63,443 nucleotides of DNA, filler included, from Dicyema japonicum (GCA_011109175.1; 9 parts of 9 records of this genome joined end to end with filler, not necessarily neighbours in it); one strand, 5' to 3'. Shown: positions 51,266-63,443, counted from the whole stretch's first letter. The notes: generated from the sequence alone by a model not told the origin. Numbers and translations: made by a program.

Positions 51266-52399
51266 CTGTTGACGATACCAATTGTCGACATATCTGGTCA
51301 ATTTTATTCAATTATAAATATCATTTATTATGAAAAATAGATTATTCGAATGATCTCTTTTTGATAATCTTCGGAATTCATCGTTAATCAAATTTAGAAT
51401 CTTGGCTGACTTTTCATGTTGAAACTTATCTATAAAAGTACACCGTCTAATTCCTACGACTATCCAAAATTACTACATTAGTATTTCCTAAAATGGCGAT
51501 TTTGAAGATACGTCAATGTTTGTAAAAATTGTATTTCAATACATCATTACTATTTATAAAAACATGAGATAGATTNNNNNNNNNNNNNNNNNNNNNNNNN
51601 NNNNNNNNNNNNNNNNNNNTTAATTAATTAANNNNNNNNNNNNNNNNNNNNNNNNNNNNNNNNNNNNNNNNNNNNATTGACTTGAGACACTCATTGCCTG
51701 GATGGCACGCAAAAAGGACCCCTCTATTCTCTACTCAGGTGGAGGGGTTTCCACAATTGTGGATATGGATGGCCATGATTCTTCTGTCTCATTGCGATCG
51801 TGGGAACTGGAAATAACTTAATTAGAAGTTATTTAACCTTTCCGGTATATCCGAGGCTTTAAATTAATCGCAAAGCCACCTTATCGAGTAATCGGAGGAA
51901 TTGGTAAGGTCTAATAGTTATTTTATGTGCCCAATTGACACTAAGCACCACCGCAACAAGTAAACCAGAAAATTCCACGCTTATTTTTCAATCCGCATAA
52001 ATCATAAGATTTGAGACCTGATCGAGTTCCTATTCAGATATTCGGGGAGGCATTTCCGGAAAACAGTAGAATAAGGGAATTTGGATCACATGGTTTTAAC
52101 ACCTTTTTTCTTCGTGGCCTTGGGGTTATTAATTAAATATGCCTTTACTATTCTATTTACAAGTTCTCATGATAGTACGAGGTACATTTGTTAATGAGTT
52201 CGAGTAACATGAATTTTTTATTTAAAAGATTAAGCCCTCTCCCCAAGGTAGACAATTTTTGTTTTATTTTTCACCATTTTGAGCCAATCGGGATTCTAGC
52301 TCAGACATCAATGCATCCAATGTTTCTTTATTTCCGAAGTTTGAGCATCCGCTCTTCCATTAGAAGAGTGAGAGGTTATATTCAATTGAAGGGATAACG

Positions 52400-52770
52400 A
52401 CATAAACTGCCATAGAGATACGTCACCAGACAAATCTTGTGATCAATTAACTAATCAGTTGACTAGTCGATCTTGTATGCGGCGATTGAATAGACCGATC
52501 TGGTTACCGCTGGAAAGAAGCTCAATCAAATTTTTAAAAGCAATGACGAAGGAGCTTAATACTAGGATGGTGGACATAAGAAGGATTTTTGAGTATAGTT
52601 TCCGAAAAGTTTGTTTAAATTCAACATTAATTAGTTAAAAGCTATCCCGCGTTTCCCTTGAACTTATGAATACTTACGATAACTAAAAACAGCTGAAGAC
52701 CTTGATGAAACAAGGAAACGAGGATTGAAGAAACTAGTAGAAAGGATAGTAAGAACACGGAACAAGCGTA
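52400..52770 (+). mobile_element. RTE-like LINE 3' end remnant
   Basis: Degenerate LKTAEDLDE..K(R)GLKKLVERI terminal motif. Confidence 0.4.
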
Positions 52771-52839
52771 ATTAAAAAAAATTATTTATTCAAAGATATA
52801 TTTATCGATGATTATTAAATTATTAAATTTATTAGTAAT

Positions 52840-53302
52840 TCAAAATTTTGTAGAAAAGTGTGGATATCGTATTCCATCTCTGTTTACGTCAAGAACTGGG
52901 CCGTAATTCGAGTCCGGCCTAAAGAGACTTCTTATTGACTAGCAAATTAGTAATAAAATTACATTTCCCTCTTTCATCACTTTAGTGTAATAAAGATACG
53001 CGGCATAAATTGGAATCATTATTATTACGCCCAAAAAAATGAACCAGCCGATAATCTCAGAAAATTCGGGCATTTGGACGCCGTTGTAGGATGCTTTTTT
53101 GTAAGTCGCCGCAGAAAACAAGAAAATTACCTTTAAATTTGTTAAAGTAACAAAATACGATTAAAATCAACGGAGATGCAACAAACCAAGAAAACTGCCA
53201 ATAACGATTCGGTATAGTGCCCGACATCATTGATAAATCCATTGAGAAATTTTTGACCCCGTAAACCCAGGAGACAGCCAAAACTTCACAGAAAGCAATA
53301 AT
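52840..53302 (-). CDS. SLC6 sodium:neurotransmitter symporter, C-terminal part (5' end lost in a gap); introns of 28 and 24 nt
   Basis: FCEVLAVSWVYG..YWQFSWFVASPLIL..YNGVQMP..IGW..IPIYA..LFRPDSNYGP; ends in TGA. Confidence 0.85.
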
Positions 53303-53556
53303 NNNNNNNNNNNNNNNNNNNNNNNNNNNNNNNNNNNNNNNNNNNNTTAATTAATTAANNNNNNNNNNNNNNNNNNNNNNNNNNNNNNNNNNNNNNNNNN
53401 NNTTTTCGGTTGCGTTCTTAGACCTGCGATGGAATAAAGCGCAGAGCCTTCTCAAAATGAACTGATCGATTGAAAGGGAAACCGCAAGTCTCCTTAGTAA
53501 CAAATGCGTAATATAGAATGACGAATGAGTATTAGTGAGAACAATCAGGTTAATTG

Positions 53557-54502
53557 TTAGGCGGAATATGACATCCTGGTTTGAATATACACTTCCTTCA
53601 GTTTGTCGAACCCGGAGAGCACACCAGCCCCGGCAATCCCTCTGAGAATATTAGCCCCGGCGCCCTTCATAAGTGACTGATATCCATCGGCAATGACAAT
53701 CTGTCGGAAGCAGTCCCAGGAACCCTTATATTTGACTGCCTCCCCCGACGTCATCATCATTCGTCGACGAATCGTGTCCACCGGATACGACAGGAGACCA
53801 GAAATGACTGTCACGTTGTACCCCAAAATGAAATTCATCATGAGGGAGTTCTCGTTGGGCAACAGCGGCTTGAGCGTGTCATACAACCCAAAGTAGAATC
53901 CCCGATAAATAAATATTCCAGCACAAGAAATGTTGAATCCTCGGTAAAGGCCAACAAAACCGTCCGATTTGATAGTCTTGGAGTATACATCGACTAGTCC
54001 GTTAAACTGTCGTTCGGACATTCCCTTCGAGGTGGCCTTGGCGTCGTTGGCGAGTCGAGTCCTCGCATTAGTCCAACGAATAAACGAAGGCCAGAGACAT
54101 ACTCCGGCCACTCCCCCGGAACAAATATTTTTGGTCATTTTGTTGGCATAACTGTCAGTTTTCTGCACTTTGAAGATCGCCTTGATTTGGTCCCGGAAGG
54201 CGAAATTGAGTGCTTGCGTGGGGAAGTAACGAAGGCAGTTGGCCAGATTCCCTCTCCAAAAAGAGAAGAGTCCTAAATATAGAGAAGGGGGGCAACACAC
54301 CCTCAGCCTGATATGTTCTCCTTGTGCAGTCCACAATCCCATTGTATGGATGAGAGAGACGACCAGCCTTTATCATTTCGCTCTGATTCTGCACCAAAAG
54401 TTTGATTCTCTCGATGGGAGCTGCTCCAGTCTTGGAAACCACGGCTGCTAATCCGCTGAGAGCGAAACTCTCGAGAAATGACAACTCACTATCTTGACCC
54501 AT
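53557..54502 (-). CDS. AAC/SLC25A4: Mitochondrial ADP/ATP carrier; single 28-nt intron (54300-54273); compensating indel pair at 54068-54099
   Basis: [65 protein letters not shown]. Confidence 0.95.
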
Positions 54503-54636
54503 TCTATGACGTAGTGTAGTGTGCAATTACATTACTTGGAGGTTAACCACTAATATAATAAATTAGATTTATATATGTTTTATTAACAAAACACCATTTA
54601 TCGCCAATAATTATTATTGAAGCCACTAATAACAAA

Positions 54637-55454
54637 TCACAAATAGTGGATACTCTGACTGCCGATCGGATGGCCGCCAGTGTCTGGAGGACTGCAAACA
54701 CAGCCTGCCCGAGCCAATGGAGGAAGGCTTGTAGTTCTTGTCGAAGCAACATAGAAACTATCACCGTCACCAGCAAGTACCAGTGTCCTTCCAATTCCGT
54801 CGAGGGGAGTTGATAGGAGGGACTGTTTCGGTCTAAAACTCACAACCAGTCCTTCCACCCGAGGTCTTCCAGATCATCATCGACGGGGTTCTCCCACTGA
54901 CCGCCCTTCGTTTTGCTGGAATACAAAACACGCCAAACTTGCTCGGCCAGTCTCTTTTTCAAAAATGTGACTTGTTGGCTCAATTCAGTTATTTTGCTGG
55001 GAATAATACTGACGGTTACTTTTCGTACATACACATCTTGTCCGCAGTGGCTCGCGAGTCAGCCGCCTGCTTGTTCATTTTGGACATTTTGTATGTGAGG
55101 TAGGAGTGCAGGTGGGATCGGTGATTCTGCTGGAAATCCACCACTTTCCGCAGCTGGTCGCAGTAGGAGTTTATTTTGTCGAGGATACATGTCGGGTTTT
55201 GGAAGAGTGCATAAATGTTGGGATTAGTCTATTCAATTCTACTTATTTTTGTTTACATTTCTTGAGAACTCCATGTACTGACACGCTTTTTTGCATAGGC
55301 TACACACGGGGGTAGTGCCTGATCCTATTAGTATAAAAGTATGACCTGGTTTTAAGCAACATTGGCAGTATATGTGTCCACAGTTCGTCACATAGAACTT
55401 GACACTGTTTGTGCCCAGTCGGTAACATAAATTGCAATGAAACCACTCACGCAT
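54637..55454 (-). CDS. RNF212: RNF212/Zip3/ZHP-3 family meiotic RING E3 ligase; 3' end uncertain; introns of 21, 28, 23 and possibly 23 nt
   Basis: WFHCNLC..FYVTNCGHIYCQCC..CSLCKKAC..ALFQNP..VVDFQQNHR followed by a coiled coil. Confidence 0.85.
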
Positions 55455-56899
55455 AACCAACACCACTAAACAGTAACAACTGATAAGAGTTATTTTCCCT
55501 CTCTCAATAAATCAAGTTAGCCGGATAAAGTTTAAAAATAATAATTTAAATAAAGAAATGATATATATTAAAACATCAATGTTTTATAAATTCAACGATT
55601 GTTTTGTTGTGAATGAAATCGTCAATCGACATAGTACTTGTAGGTGATGGTTGGGTGATTATGATGTAATCCTAAGCTGGAACGGGCAAGACCTCAATAA
55701 TCCTGTCACTGGTGGGGGAAGAATTCATCGAGGACGTATATCCTAGGCCTAACAGACAGGTGCCTGCGCGGGTCGACAACATTACAATCCCAGCCGACAT
55801 AAGCCAAGACGGCATGNGGAAAATTCTGGAAAGTTTTAATCAAGTTCAATCATGTACTGTAAAATATTCAAATAATTGAAAATGGGATACTGATCTAATT
55901 TCGAAATTCAGAGTGTCCGACCTTGATAGAAAAGCTCTTTATGATAGCATCGATTTCACAGTTTTGGAAAATCGCACTAAGTAGAAGGTGGCAGGGTCTT
56001 CTAAGTTTGACAAATGTCAGAAGCTATGAATTGTATGATCCGAAATGGGAATTTTAAAAAATATACGTTCACTCGATTTAATCAAATAATAATGTTGAAA
56101 TAAGAAAACGCGTTCCCCCAAACATATATTCAAGTAATATAAGCAAGATATTTTATAATACAAAATAAGAAATTTTAAAACAGGTGGACGTTGATAGTCG
56201 ATCTCAGCACATTTTCTGGAAATAGAGAGACTCGCTGGCGAGCCAGGTTTTCCTCAGTTTTTGTAGGGCGGGGTAAGTGTCTTTCATTTGTTAATATCCT
56301 CTGCTCACTGAGGAGGGAGACCAATTGTTTAGTTTTGTGCCAAGGTTCCTCGCACTGTCATAGGCCGATCAAAGAGCTCAAAAACATTGGTAGCGCCTTA
56401 AAAATAGAGAGGATCTCGACATGTTACGCGACAGGCTCGGAATCAACGAAATGGAGAAAGCTGTCCAGGAAATGGAGGTTCTGTTGCACATAGAAAAAAG
56501 AGAGGTCATTTTTGTACCTAGAGAATTGATCGAGTGTTCCCGCAGAGGATGGCAATCTGATTTTTTGTCAAAGCCACGATGATTCTCGTGAGTCACTTCT
56601 ACCGGTGTTAATCATTCTTCCGATGTCAAAGATTTGAAGCCGTGGTAAAATTCCCTATGATGCATGAGGTTTCAAATACGACCTGGCGAAAAAGTAATCG
56701 TCCGAGATCAATGTTCACTTCATTTTTTGTACAGTCTTCTCGTCCGCAGCGTTAATTGCGAACAGTAAATATTGTCTTGGCTAAGGTTACATATGAAGTC
56801 TGGATTCGAGGAAAACTAACGACCAATTTTAAACAGCCCAAACTATACCATTTTCACTTCAATTCTGACAATTTTTATATAGACGATGAAATAACCACA

Positions 56900-57720
56900 A
56901 AGGAGGTGGTAGTTGTCAGGTGGCTGAAGAATAAGAAGAGCCCATGGCCAGGTGGCTCAAATGGCGAATTCTCTAAATATGGAATACTTAAGCTGTACAG
57001 CGTCATTGATTGAATCGTAAACAAAATGTATAGAAGAGGCACCTCCCTACCACTAGGAGAGGGACTCCTATCCACAAACCACACTAGCCCAAGAGTAAGG
57101 TCGAGAACATTAGACTTGTGGTGTTGATAAGCACGCTTCGAAAGACACAACGTTTACAAAAGAATGAGGAGTCGGCTAGACTCGTACCTTTCAACGTATC
57201 AAAGTAGCTTCCAAAAAAGAAGAACGGCATCTAACGTCGTGTAGAGCCATAATAGAGATGGCGACCGTTTTAAAACTCTGAATTTCAAAAAATATCTTTG
57301 AGATCGGTATATCAAAGAAATTTAATTCTGACTATAGAATCAAACTTCTACAAATACTTGGAAGCTTCTTAGACAACTGATAGTACACTCCTAGTGGAAA
57401 CAAGCCTAACGGTAATGACTAAAGATGAATTGTCGAGAATGTTTGAAATAACACTCGCACCCCCAAGAAGATCAATTATCCCCTATTCTGTTTGTTATCT
57501 ATTTTTGAGGCGGCTTTTTGAGACTTGGGGCCGTTATTAAAATAGAGACAAATATGATAGCTATAGTCTCTAATAATAAAGAAGAGCTCAAAGCCCTAAT
57601 TCACTTCGAACTACACAAACTGAAGAAAACATGGCTTGCCCGCAGAGGACTTAACGTAAAAACGAGAGTTCGTTTTTAAAATGCACTGTTAAAATCCATA
57701 ATCTTATACAACTCCGGGAA
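56900..57720 (+). mobile_element. RTE-like LINE RT fragment
   Basis: KKSPWPGGSNGEFSKY, degenerate QSSF.KRR, LRLNVKTRVRF.NALLKSIILYN. Confidence 0.6.
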
Positions 57721-57739
57721 TGGATACCCAATTTCGTTG

Positions 57740-58300
57740 GAGATTCTGTTGCCAAGATGCAGGCTGCTTAGACACATCTTCAGAATGGATGTGGATGCGC
57801 CCCGAATGGATATGGACTATTTATAGTTTCTGTATTTGGTTATATCGACCATGGAAAACCACTTTGTCCTGAAGGCACCACACTTCAGGGGCCGACCCAG
57901 GACAACATTTTCCGCCAATGGTTTTGATGCTCGAGCACTTGAATCGTTTACTATTATACAGTGACTGCTCCCGAATTGGCCACAAATTTTCGAAAAACCA
58001 AATCGGTCAGGCCGAAGTAGTAGTTAAGGAATGAGATCGCGTACTCATTCAATGTATGGAACAAGTTTCGTACATTGAGACGAGTTACGCATAATATCGC
58101 CACCTACACACTCATTCTTGTTCGCAACGTGCCCTGAGGATTCAGCTGACGAAATAGTGTTTGCTACTCGAGAGCGAGAACGTGTCCGAGCATGTCGCAT
58201 CCCACACACGCATCGTGGAATGAAAATATTGTCATTCTTTCCTGCCGTCCGGTTATTGGTTAATTGAATTTTTGAAGCTTTTGATATCTCGATGTAATCT
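57740..58300 (-). mobile_element. Degenerate R4-like fragment
   Basis: FHTLNEYAISFLNYYFGL matches LFKAINEHALSLYNYYIGL of the 91-1920 element. Confidence 0.5.
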
Positions 58301-58649
58301 CGTTGTGGTTGTACTGAAACCAGCTTAAAAGTGATTTCCCTTTTTCGCTTAGAAGAAGAGTTTGCCACAAACTTCCTTTCCTCTATTTCTGTGTCAAGGT
58401 TTTTGTTCAGCTGAGTGTTTTCGCGGCAAGCGAGCTCCGAATGTTGGTTGGCGCAGAAAAAATTAAATAATAAAGAAAACGCAAGCATCTTTTGTTTTGA
58501 AAATCACATTTTAATAATTTGAGACACATAATTCACATTATTGTTCATCACAAATCGATAATAATTGACTCATCATGAATAGACGAATCAGCATGATTGT
58601 GATTGATTATACACATGTATAAATACGATTATAACGAAATAATTAAGTA

Positions 58650-59339
58650 ATGGCTAATTTGATCGGAAGACCTGCTCCTAGTTTTGAAGGAACTGCTTAC
58701 ATTAATGGGGAATTCAAAAACGATATCAAACCGGGATTATCTAGGGAATACGTAGTCTTGTTCTTTTATCCTTGCGACTTGTATTTTGAGTTATTTCAAT
58801 TCTTAGTACATTCGTGTGCCCTACTGAAATTCTTGCTTTTAACGATAGTTTTGAAGAATTTCAGAAACTCGACGCTCAGTTGATATCCTGTTCAACTGAC
58901 ACCCATTTTGCTCACATGGCATGGTTGGCGATTTGTTTGGCTATTTTAAGGACTCAAGTCCCAACTAATAGCGGGGGCCTTGGTAATATAAGGATTCCAA
59001 TGTTGGCTGATCGAAGTCAATCCATAAGCAGATCATACGGAGTTCTGGCGGAGAATGGCAATGCATACAGGTAAATCACATGTCTTCCATATTTTAATTA
59101 GAGGACTCTTTATAATAAACAGAAGTGGCGTCATTTGCCAAATCACAGTGAATGATATGCCGGTCGGGAGAAGCGTCGATGAAACGTTGAGGTTAATTGA
59201 GGCTTTTCAATTTTATGACGAGAATGGCGAAGGTGAGTTTATTTTAGCATTTTAAGTATGTCCTGCAAACTGGAAGCCAGGAAAACGAACAATGAAGCCT
59301 ACCGTCAATGGTTCCAAGGAATACTTTGAAAAAAACTAA
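58650..59339 (+). CDS. PRDX1/2: Typical 2-Cys peroxiredoxin (paralog B); introns 58781-58806, 58924-58950, 59071-59101, 59233-59256 (26, 27, 31, 24 nt)
   Basis: [43 protein letters not shown]; compensating A-run indels at 58716-58748. Confidence 0.93.
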
Positions 59340-59719
59340 TTTAATTAACTTTGTTGTTCCAATTATTAATCTCCTTCTCACGAAGTTTACAATCCAATAC
59401 CCTAAATATGAAGTTGTGATCAACAGAATCAGAGGCATAGGGATTTGTGGTGACATCCTTCCTAAATCAACCCATGCAGAATATAGGTCATCCCATACTC
59501 CTGTTTAAACACGCTGGCACTGTTTTCTCGTCCCAAGTTGATATTCGTTCAAATCTATTGAAACAATATTGTTTCCAAGTTAAAAATAGTCAGTATTAGG
59601 GCATAATCGCAATCACAAAAACCCAATTTTCAGAGGATTAAGTAGAATATATCACATGGTGATCAATATCACACAGTATCTAACTAAAGGAAATAAGTCT
59701 TTTATTTTAAAGAAATTTA

Positions 59720-61521
59720 TTTGTTTCAAACCCGATAAATTTTCGATAATGAATCTTTTAACGAAATAAATCCTTCTTTTAAGAGAAATAAAAACTAAAA
59801 AACTTTATCGATGTTACAGATAATCTCCCTCTCCACGTTTCTAAGGATTCACCACAAATCCAAATCTTTGTGGTAAATCACGAGCATTCATAAGAAAAAA
59901 AATCAAAAAAGTTTTTATTATGAATAATATTAAAAAGTGATGGAATTAATGCTATTTTTTCAAGTTTATTAACATCTAGCCGCATCAGCGCCGCCAACAA
60001 AAAATCAAAATATAAGGTCAGTCCACCACTAATAGCACGCCTTTTCCCTAAATCCTCATTCTGCTCACAATACAAACCAAAGTCCCTCAATGCTCCCCAG
60101 CCAATCTCTACTCCGTTCATGGAAATGATAAAATGGTGTCCCCTGATCTAGAATATACAACGAAGCTGACTTTATTTGTAAAATATTCAAATTGATCATT
60201 TAAATATTTCGATTCTTTATCATGTCTCGGATGACGGATGTAGTCATGTGACTGACTGGGGCGAGATTATTTCCAGACTACAAACTTAGTGCAACTCAAA
60301 CCCCCATTTTATAAAATGGAATATTATAGGAGATCACAAAATTCTAAATGTGTTGAAATCAGAAAACTTGAGTTTTTCCATCGTCGTATTTTCGATTTCC
60401 CCGAAAGTCGTCCTGCAATATCCTTCGAACAACCAATCGTCTGGCATAGCCAATGACCGTCTTCTATTGAGAATAATCTGATTGACAAAACAGCAAAAAG
60501 CTCAGTTTTTCCCGAAGCAGTTATGCAAATATCCCCGTCCTGAAGATTAAGTAGCTCAATCAAAGCTTGTTTAGTTTCAGGACAATAATCGATGACGTCT
60601 TCTCCAATTAGTTCGTTTTCTTCAAACATTCCATCGGACTTTTGGCAAAAGAAACACAAAATCTGGATTGTTGTAAGAAAATACCATATTGAAATATTTC
60701 TGACCAGTTTTTTCTCTGATCGAGTCAATATCAGCGATCGTCAAATTCTAACAAAATAGAACTCTCCCGATTACATATTGCCCAGGGATTTTGATTGCAA
60801 ATGTATATGAACTCTCTGCTTTCGGGAAAAATTTGTGGATAATCTCAGGAATGTGAGAAACATCGACCAACTAGAACTAGAGGGGACGGCATACTTTCAT
60901 GTCATCAATACGCAAGTCTGGCTTATGATCCCCGTAGACTTCAAAAACCTCTTCATATTTCAAAACATTCAATTTTGTTCTTCCTGAAGAGGCAAAAGTC
61001 TCGGTCATTGATTTCGCGAGTTCAATAACGTCTGAAAGGGATTTCGTCTTGATCTCCACCTCGAAGCAAGTGTCCTCTGTTGGGGTCCCCGTTGATTCTG
61101 CCTGAAAGATCGGACTACCTGAAAGTATTTTTCAGCCGTAATATATGGTTTAAACTAGTCACATTATGAGTCGGAAATCAGACCGAAAAGCTATCGTTCG
61201 GCAGCACATAAAACTTGTTTTTCGTGGCTTGTCTTTACAACCATTTCTATCTTTAATAATAATTTTGAAATAATACGCATTCGACGATTGGACATGCAAA
61301 TAGGGAGTTTCGATCTCAATAAATTCTACAAGGAAATGAGAAATTTTGTTCAACCATTTTTGTATAGAAAAGTCCGAATTTTGTGCATCAGTTCAGATCT
61401 CCTCTTCAGGTATTTCGAAACCTCAATTTCCCTCATTTTCGCAATAAATTTATAAGAATCACACTGAAGAAATACAAATTGCAAAATAAACCAAATTGTC
61501 ATCCAAAACCAAATGTTTGCA
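59720..61521 (-). CDS. DARS2: Highly divergent mitochondrial/bacterial-type aspartyl-tRNA synthetase homologue (5' end lost in a gap, 3' end uncertain); about ten 22-29 nt introns
   Basis: FIEIETPYL, KFYVLP, EKYFQVVRSFR, YGDHKPDLR (60936-60910), GAD-like insert, MNGVEIGWGALR, FLLAAL in the canonical order. Confidence 0.75.
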
Positions 61522-62084
61522 NNNNNNNNNNNNNNNNNNNNNNNNNNNNNNNNNNNNNNNNNNNNTTAATTAATTAANNNNNNNNNNNNNNNNNNNNNNN
61601 NNNNNNNNNNNNNNNNNNNNNGGTCCCCAAAGCAGGCATGCTCACAATCAGGGTTCCCTTTTCGATATTTTATAAATATATTATATCCTGTGGCTCTCCA
61701 ATATTTGTTAGTATTTAAATTAAATAAATTATTAAAAAAGTAGAAAAACTTGTATTCCCATTACAACTTACCACCTTTATTGACGACATAAAGTCTATTC
61801 TTCGTTTTCGTAAGTAATACTTAAAATATATCGACTTTAGCAGTAACAAGTTTTTCAGTGAATCGTTTATCTTTCGTATTGAGTCTCACTTTAGCAGCAA
61901 TAAGTTGCCCCCACCCCTTTAGGGAACAAATTCTATACTTTGCTATCATACTCTTCGTATACCTAATATGAAATTAACTCTTTAAAAAAAATATTCAATT
62001 TATTCAAGTCTGGAAATATGTATTTTTTCTATAATTTCGCCGCCATTTTCATGTACTATGGAATAAATCGGATAATTCTCTTCG

Positions 62085-62640
62085 ACAATATAGCGATCTC
62101 TAGGACTCATCGCGATTATGGGAGTAATCGGTGGTTTTGTTGACAAGAGACGTTTTGATTGACAAAAAACACACTTTTCTATTATCCCAACGATTTCAGA
62201 CTTCGTTACACCACATAGTTTAGTTTTTAATTTAGAGAAAATACGATTTCTACCAAAATGATTTAAATTCTGCTCAGGCTAAAATTAATCTAAACAATTA
62301 ATTACTTCTATGGATTTGAGTTTCAACTCAACATCTTCAACACAAAAGAATCGCAACTTATTTCCTTTCTCCTATAGTAAGTTCCTTCTTCGTCAGAAAT
62401 AAAATTTATAGCTATTTCTTTAATCGATCTCTTTTCAACTCAACATCTTCAACACAAAAGAATCGCAACTTATTTCCTTTCTCCTATAGTAAGTTCCTTC
62501 TTCGTCAGAAATAAAATTTATAGCTATTTCTTTAATCGATCTCTTTCCCGTCTTAAGATGTTTAACTCCTTCTTTATTTCCTTTATTTTTTTCCAAAGTT
62601 TCTCTTGAAATTTGCACCAGACGCATTTCATCACGCTAAA
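62085..62640 (-). mobile_element. Ginger-like integrase N-terminal half with a candidate 27-nt intron (62305-62279)
   Basis: KRSIKEIAINFISDEEGT..NHFGRNRIFSKLK..CVFCQ..PPITPIIAMSPRDRYIV, collinear with 48385-49600. Confidence 0.7.
62321..62545. repeat. 112-bp tandem duplication inside the Ginger-like copy
   Basis: caactcaacatcttcaacac at 62324 and 62436. Confidence 0.9.
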
Positions 62641-62769
62641 TTAACTAATTAATTTTATAGATATTTTATTTCTCAATTAATATAATTTGTAAATTCCAAT
62701 AGTTTTTAAAAATTCTTAATATTTTTTAATTCAATCTGTGAACAGTGACGATTTATCAACTGTGACATA

Positions 62770-63290
62770 TTATGACTCTTGAATCTGATAATGATGTTCT
62801 ACTTTCCTATGCGGATGATATTGTGTTGGCTTCGCGAGATCAGGAGTTTCAGAAGTCCATAGAAATAATACAAATTAACATGGACAGGCTTAATGCCTGG
62901 ATAATGGAAAACCGGCTCGTGGTGAATGCAGAGAAGTCGTCTACGTCACTATTTTCTCTGACAAAAAATTGGAAAGGAAGACAGTCACCTTGAAGTTAAA
63001 CAAGGTCGGCATCTTTTTCAACAGATGTCAAAGGATTTTGGGTGTTACAATTGATATGCATCATGACACGTAGAAGACATTCTATTGAAATGTGAGAAGA
63101 AACTGAACGTATTGAAAAGTTTATCGGGACTATGGAAGAGTGGTACTCACCCAGTCTTGATGAACGTGTACAAACAGTACATCAGTCATCCCCTATATTG
63201 GAGAACACGAGTTTCCTCACAAAAGACACAAGTACAGCAGCTGGCTTCCCTAAAATGTAACACCACTCTCACGTGTTGGATGGAGGACTA
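62770..63290 (+). mobile_element. Jockey/I-like LINE RT fragment
   Basis: LSYADDIVL, VNAEKSSTSLF, ILGVTID, KKLNVLKSL. Confidence 0.8.
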
Positions 63291-63443
63291 GTTGAAAATT
63301 CAAATGTAAAATTCCGTTTAGCAGCATCCAGTCCCAGTCTATGAATAAACTAATCCTTTGAAGCTAGAGGAGGGAGTCTGTCTACGACCAATAATCCAAG
63401 GGAGACCATGTGAATAGTAAACTCGAGGACAAATCTGAATTGT

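Noticed and set aside
56100-56700. Gypsy integrase (HENHRG, LDQFSRY)
   Set aside because: Motifs are too close together and in different frames; no supporting DDE core
58045-58488. 147-aa ORF with a signal-peptide-like start
   Set aside because: Overlaps a degenerate R4-like fragment in another frame and shows no domain features
53403-61521. Functional gene cluster (AAC, RNF212, PRDX, AspRS)
   Set aside because: Genes are functionally heterogeneous, on both strands and separated by TE debris; no evidence of co-regulation

Overview
Eukaryotic, almost certainly animal, AT-rich draft scaffold; nothing prokaryotic (no CRISPR, rRNA or operons) is supportable. It contains eight artificial 100-bp gaps (44N-TTAATTAATTAA-44N), one 327-N gap and several single-N joins, so adjacency across them is not reliable. 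Most of the window is degenerate, often nested transposons: R4-like and CRE-like RLE retrotransposons, an abundant RTE-like LINE, Jockey/I-like LINEs, Tc1, Tigger/pogo, hAT/Charlie, MULE, Helitron and Ginger-like integrases. The ORF track hides about 11 host genes that I reconstructed by hand, because they are split by ultra-short GT-AG introns (about 55 parsed; all but two are 21-35 nt) and by +/-1 indels in homopolymer runs (most likely pyrosequencing-type errors). These genes are a C2H2 zinc-finger factor, two 2-Cys peroxiredoxins, an omega-x fatty-acid desaturase, a 4-CTLD membrane lectin, EXOG, a truncated aminopeptidase P, an SLC6 transporter, a fungal/plant-type ADP/ATP carrier, RNF212 and a mitochondrial AspRS homologue. 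Micro-introns plus animal genes suggest a reduced parasite (myxozoan- or dicyemid-like); this is inference only. Best leads: the AspRS homologue has lost key catalytic motifs but keeps an intact 10-intron structure (candidate pseudoenzyme); Ginger-like integrases carry host-sized micro-introns at different positions; and an unannotated 42-codon Cys/Trp repeat appears to be protein-coding. I found no clearly demonstrable multi-gene novel system.
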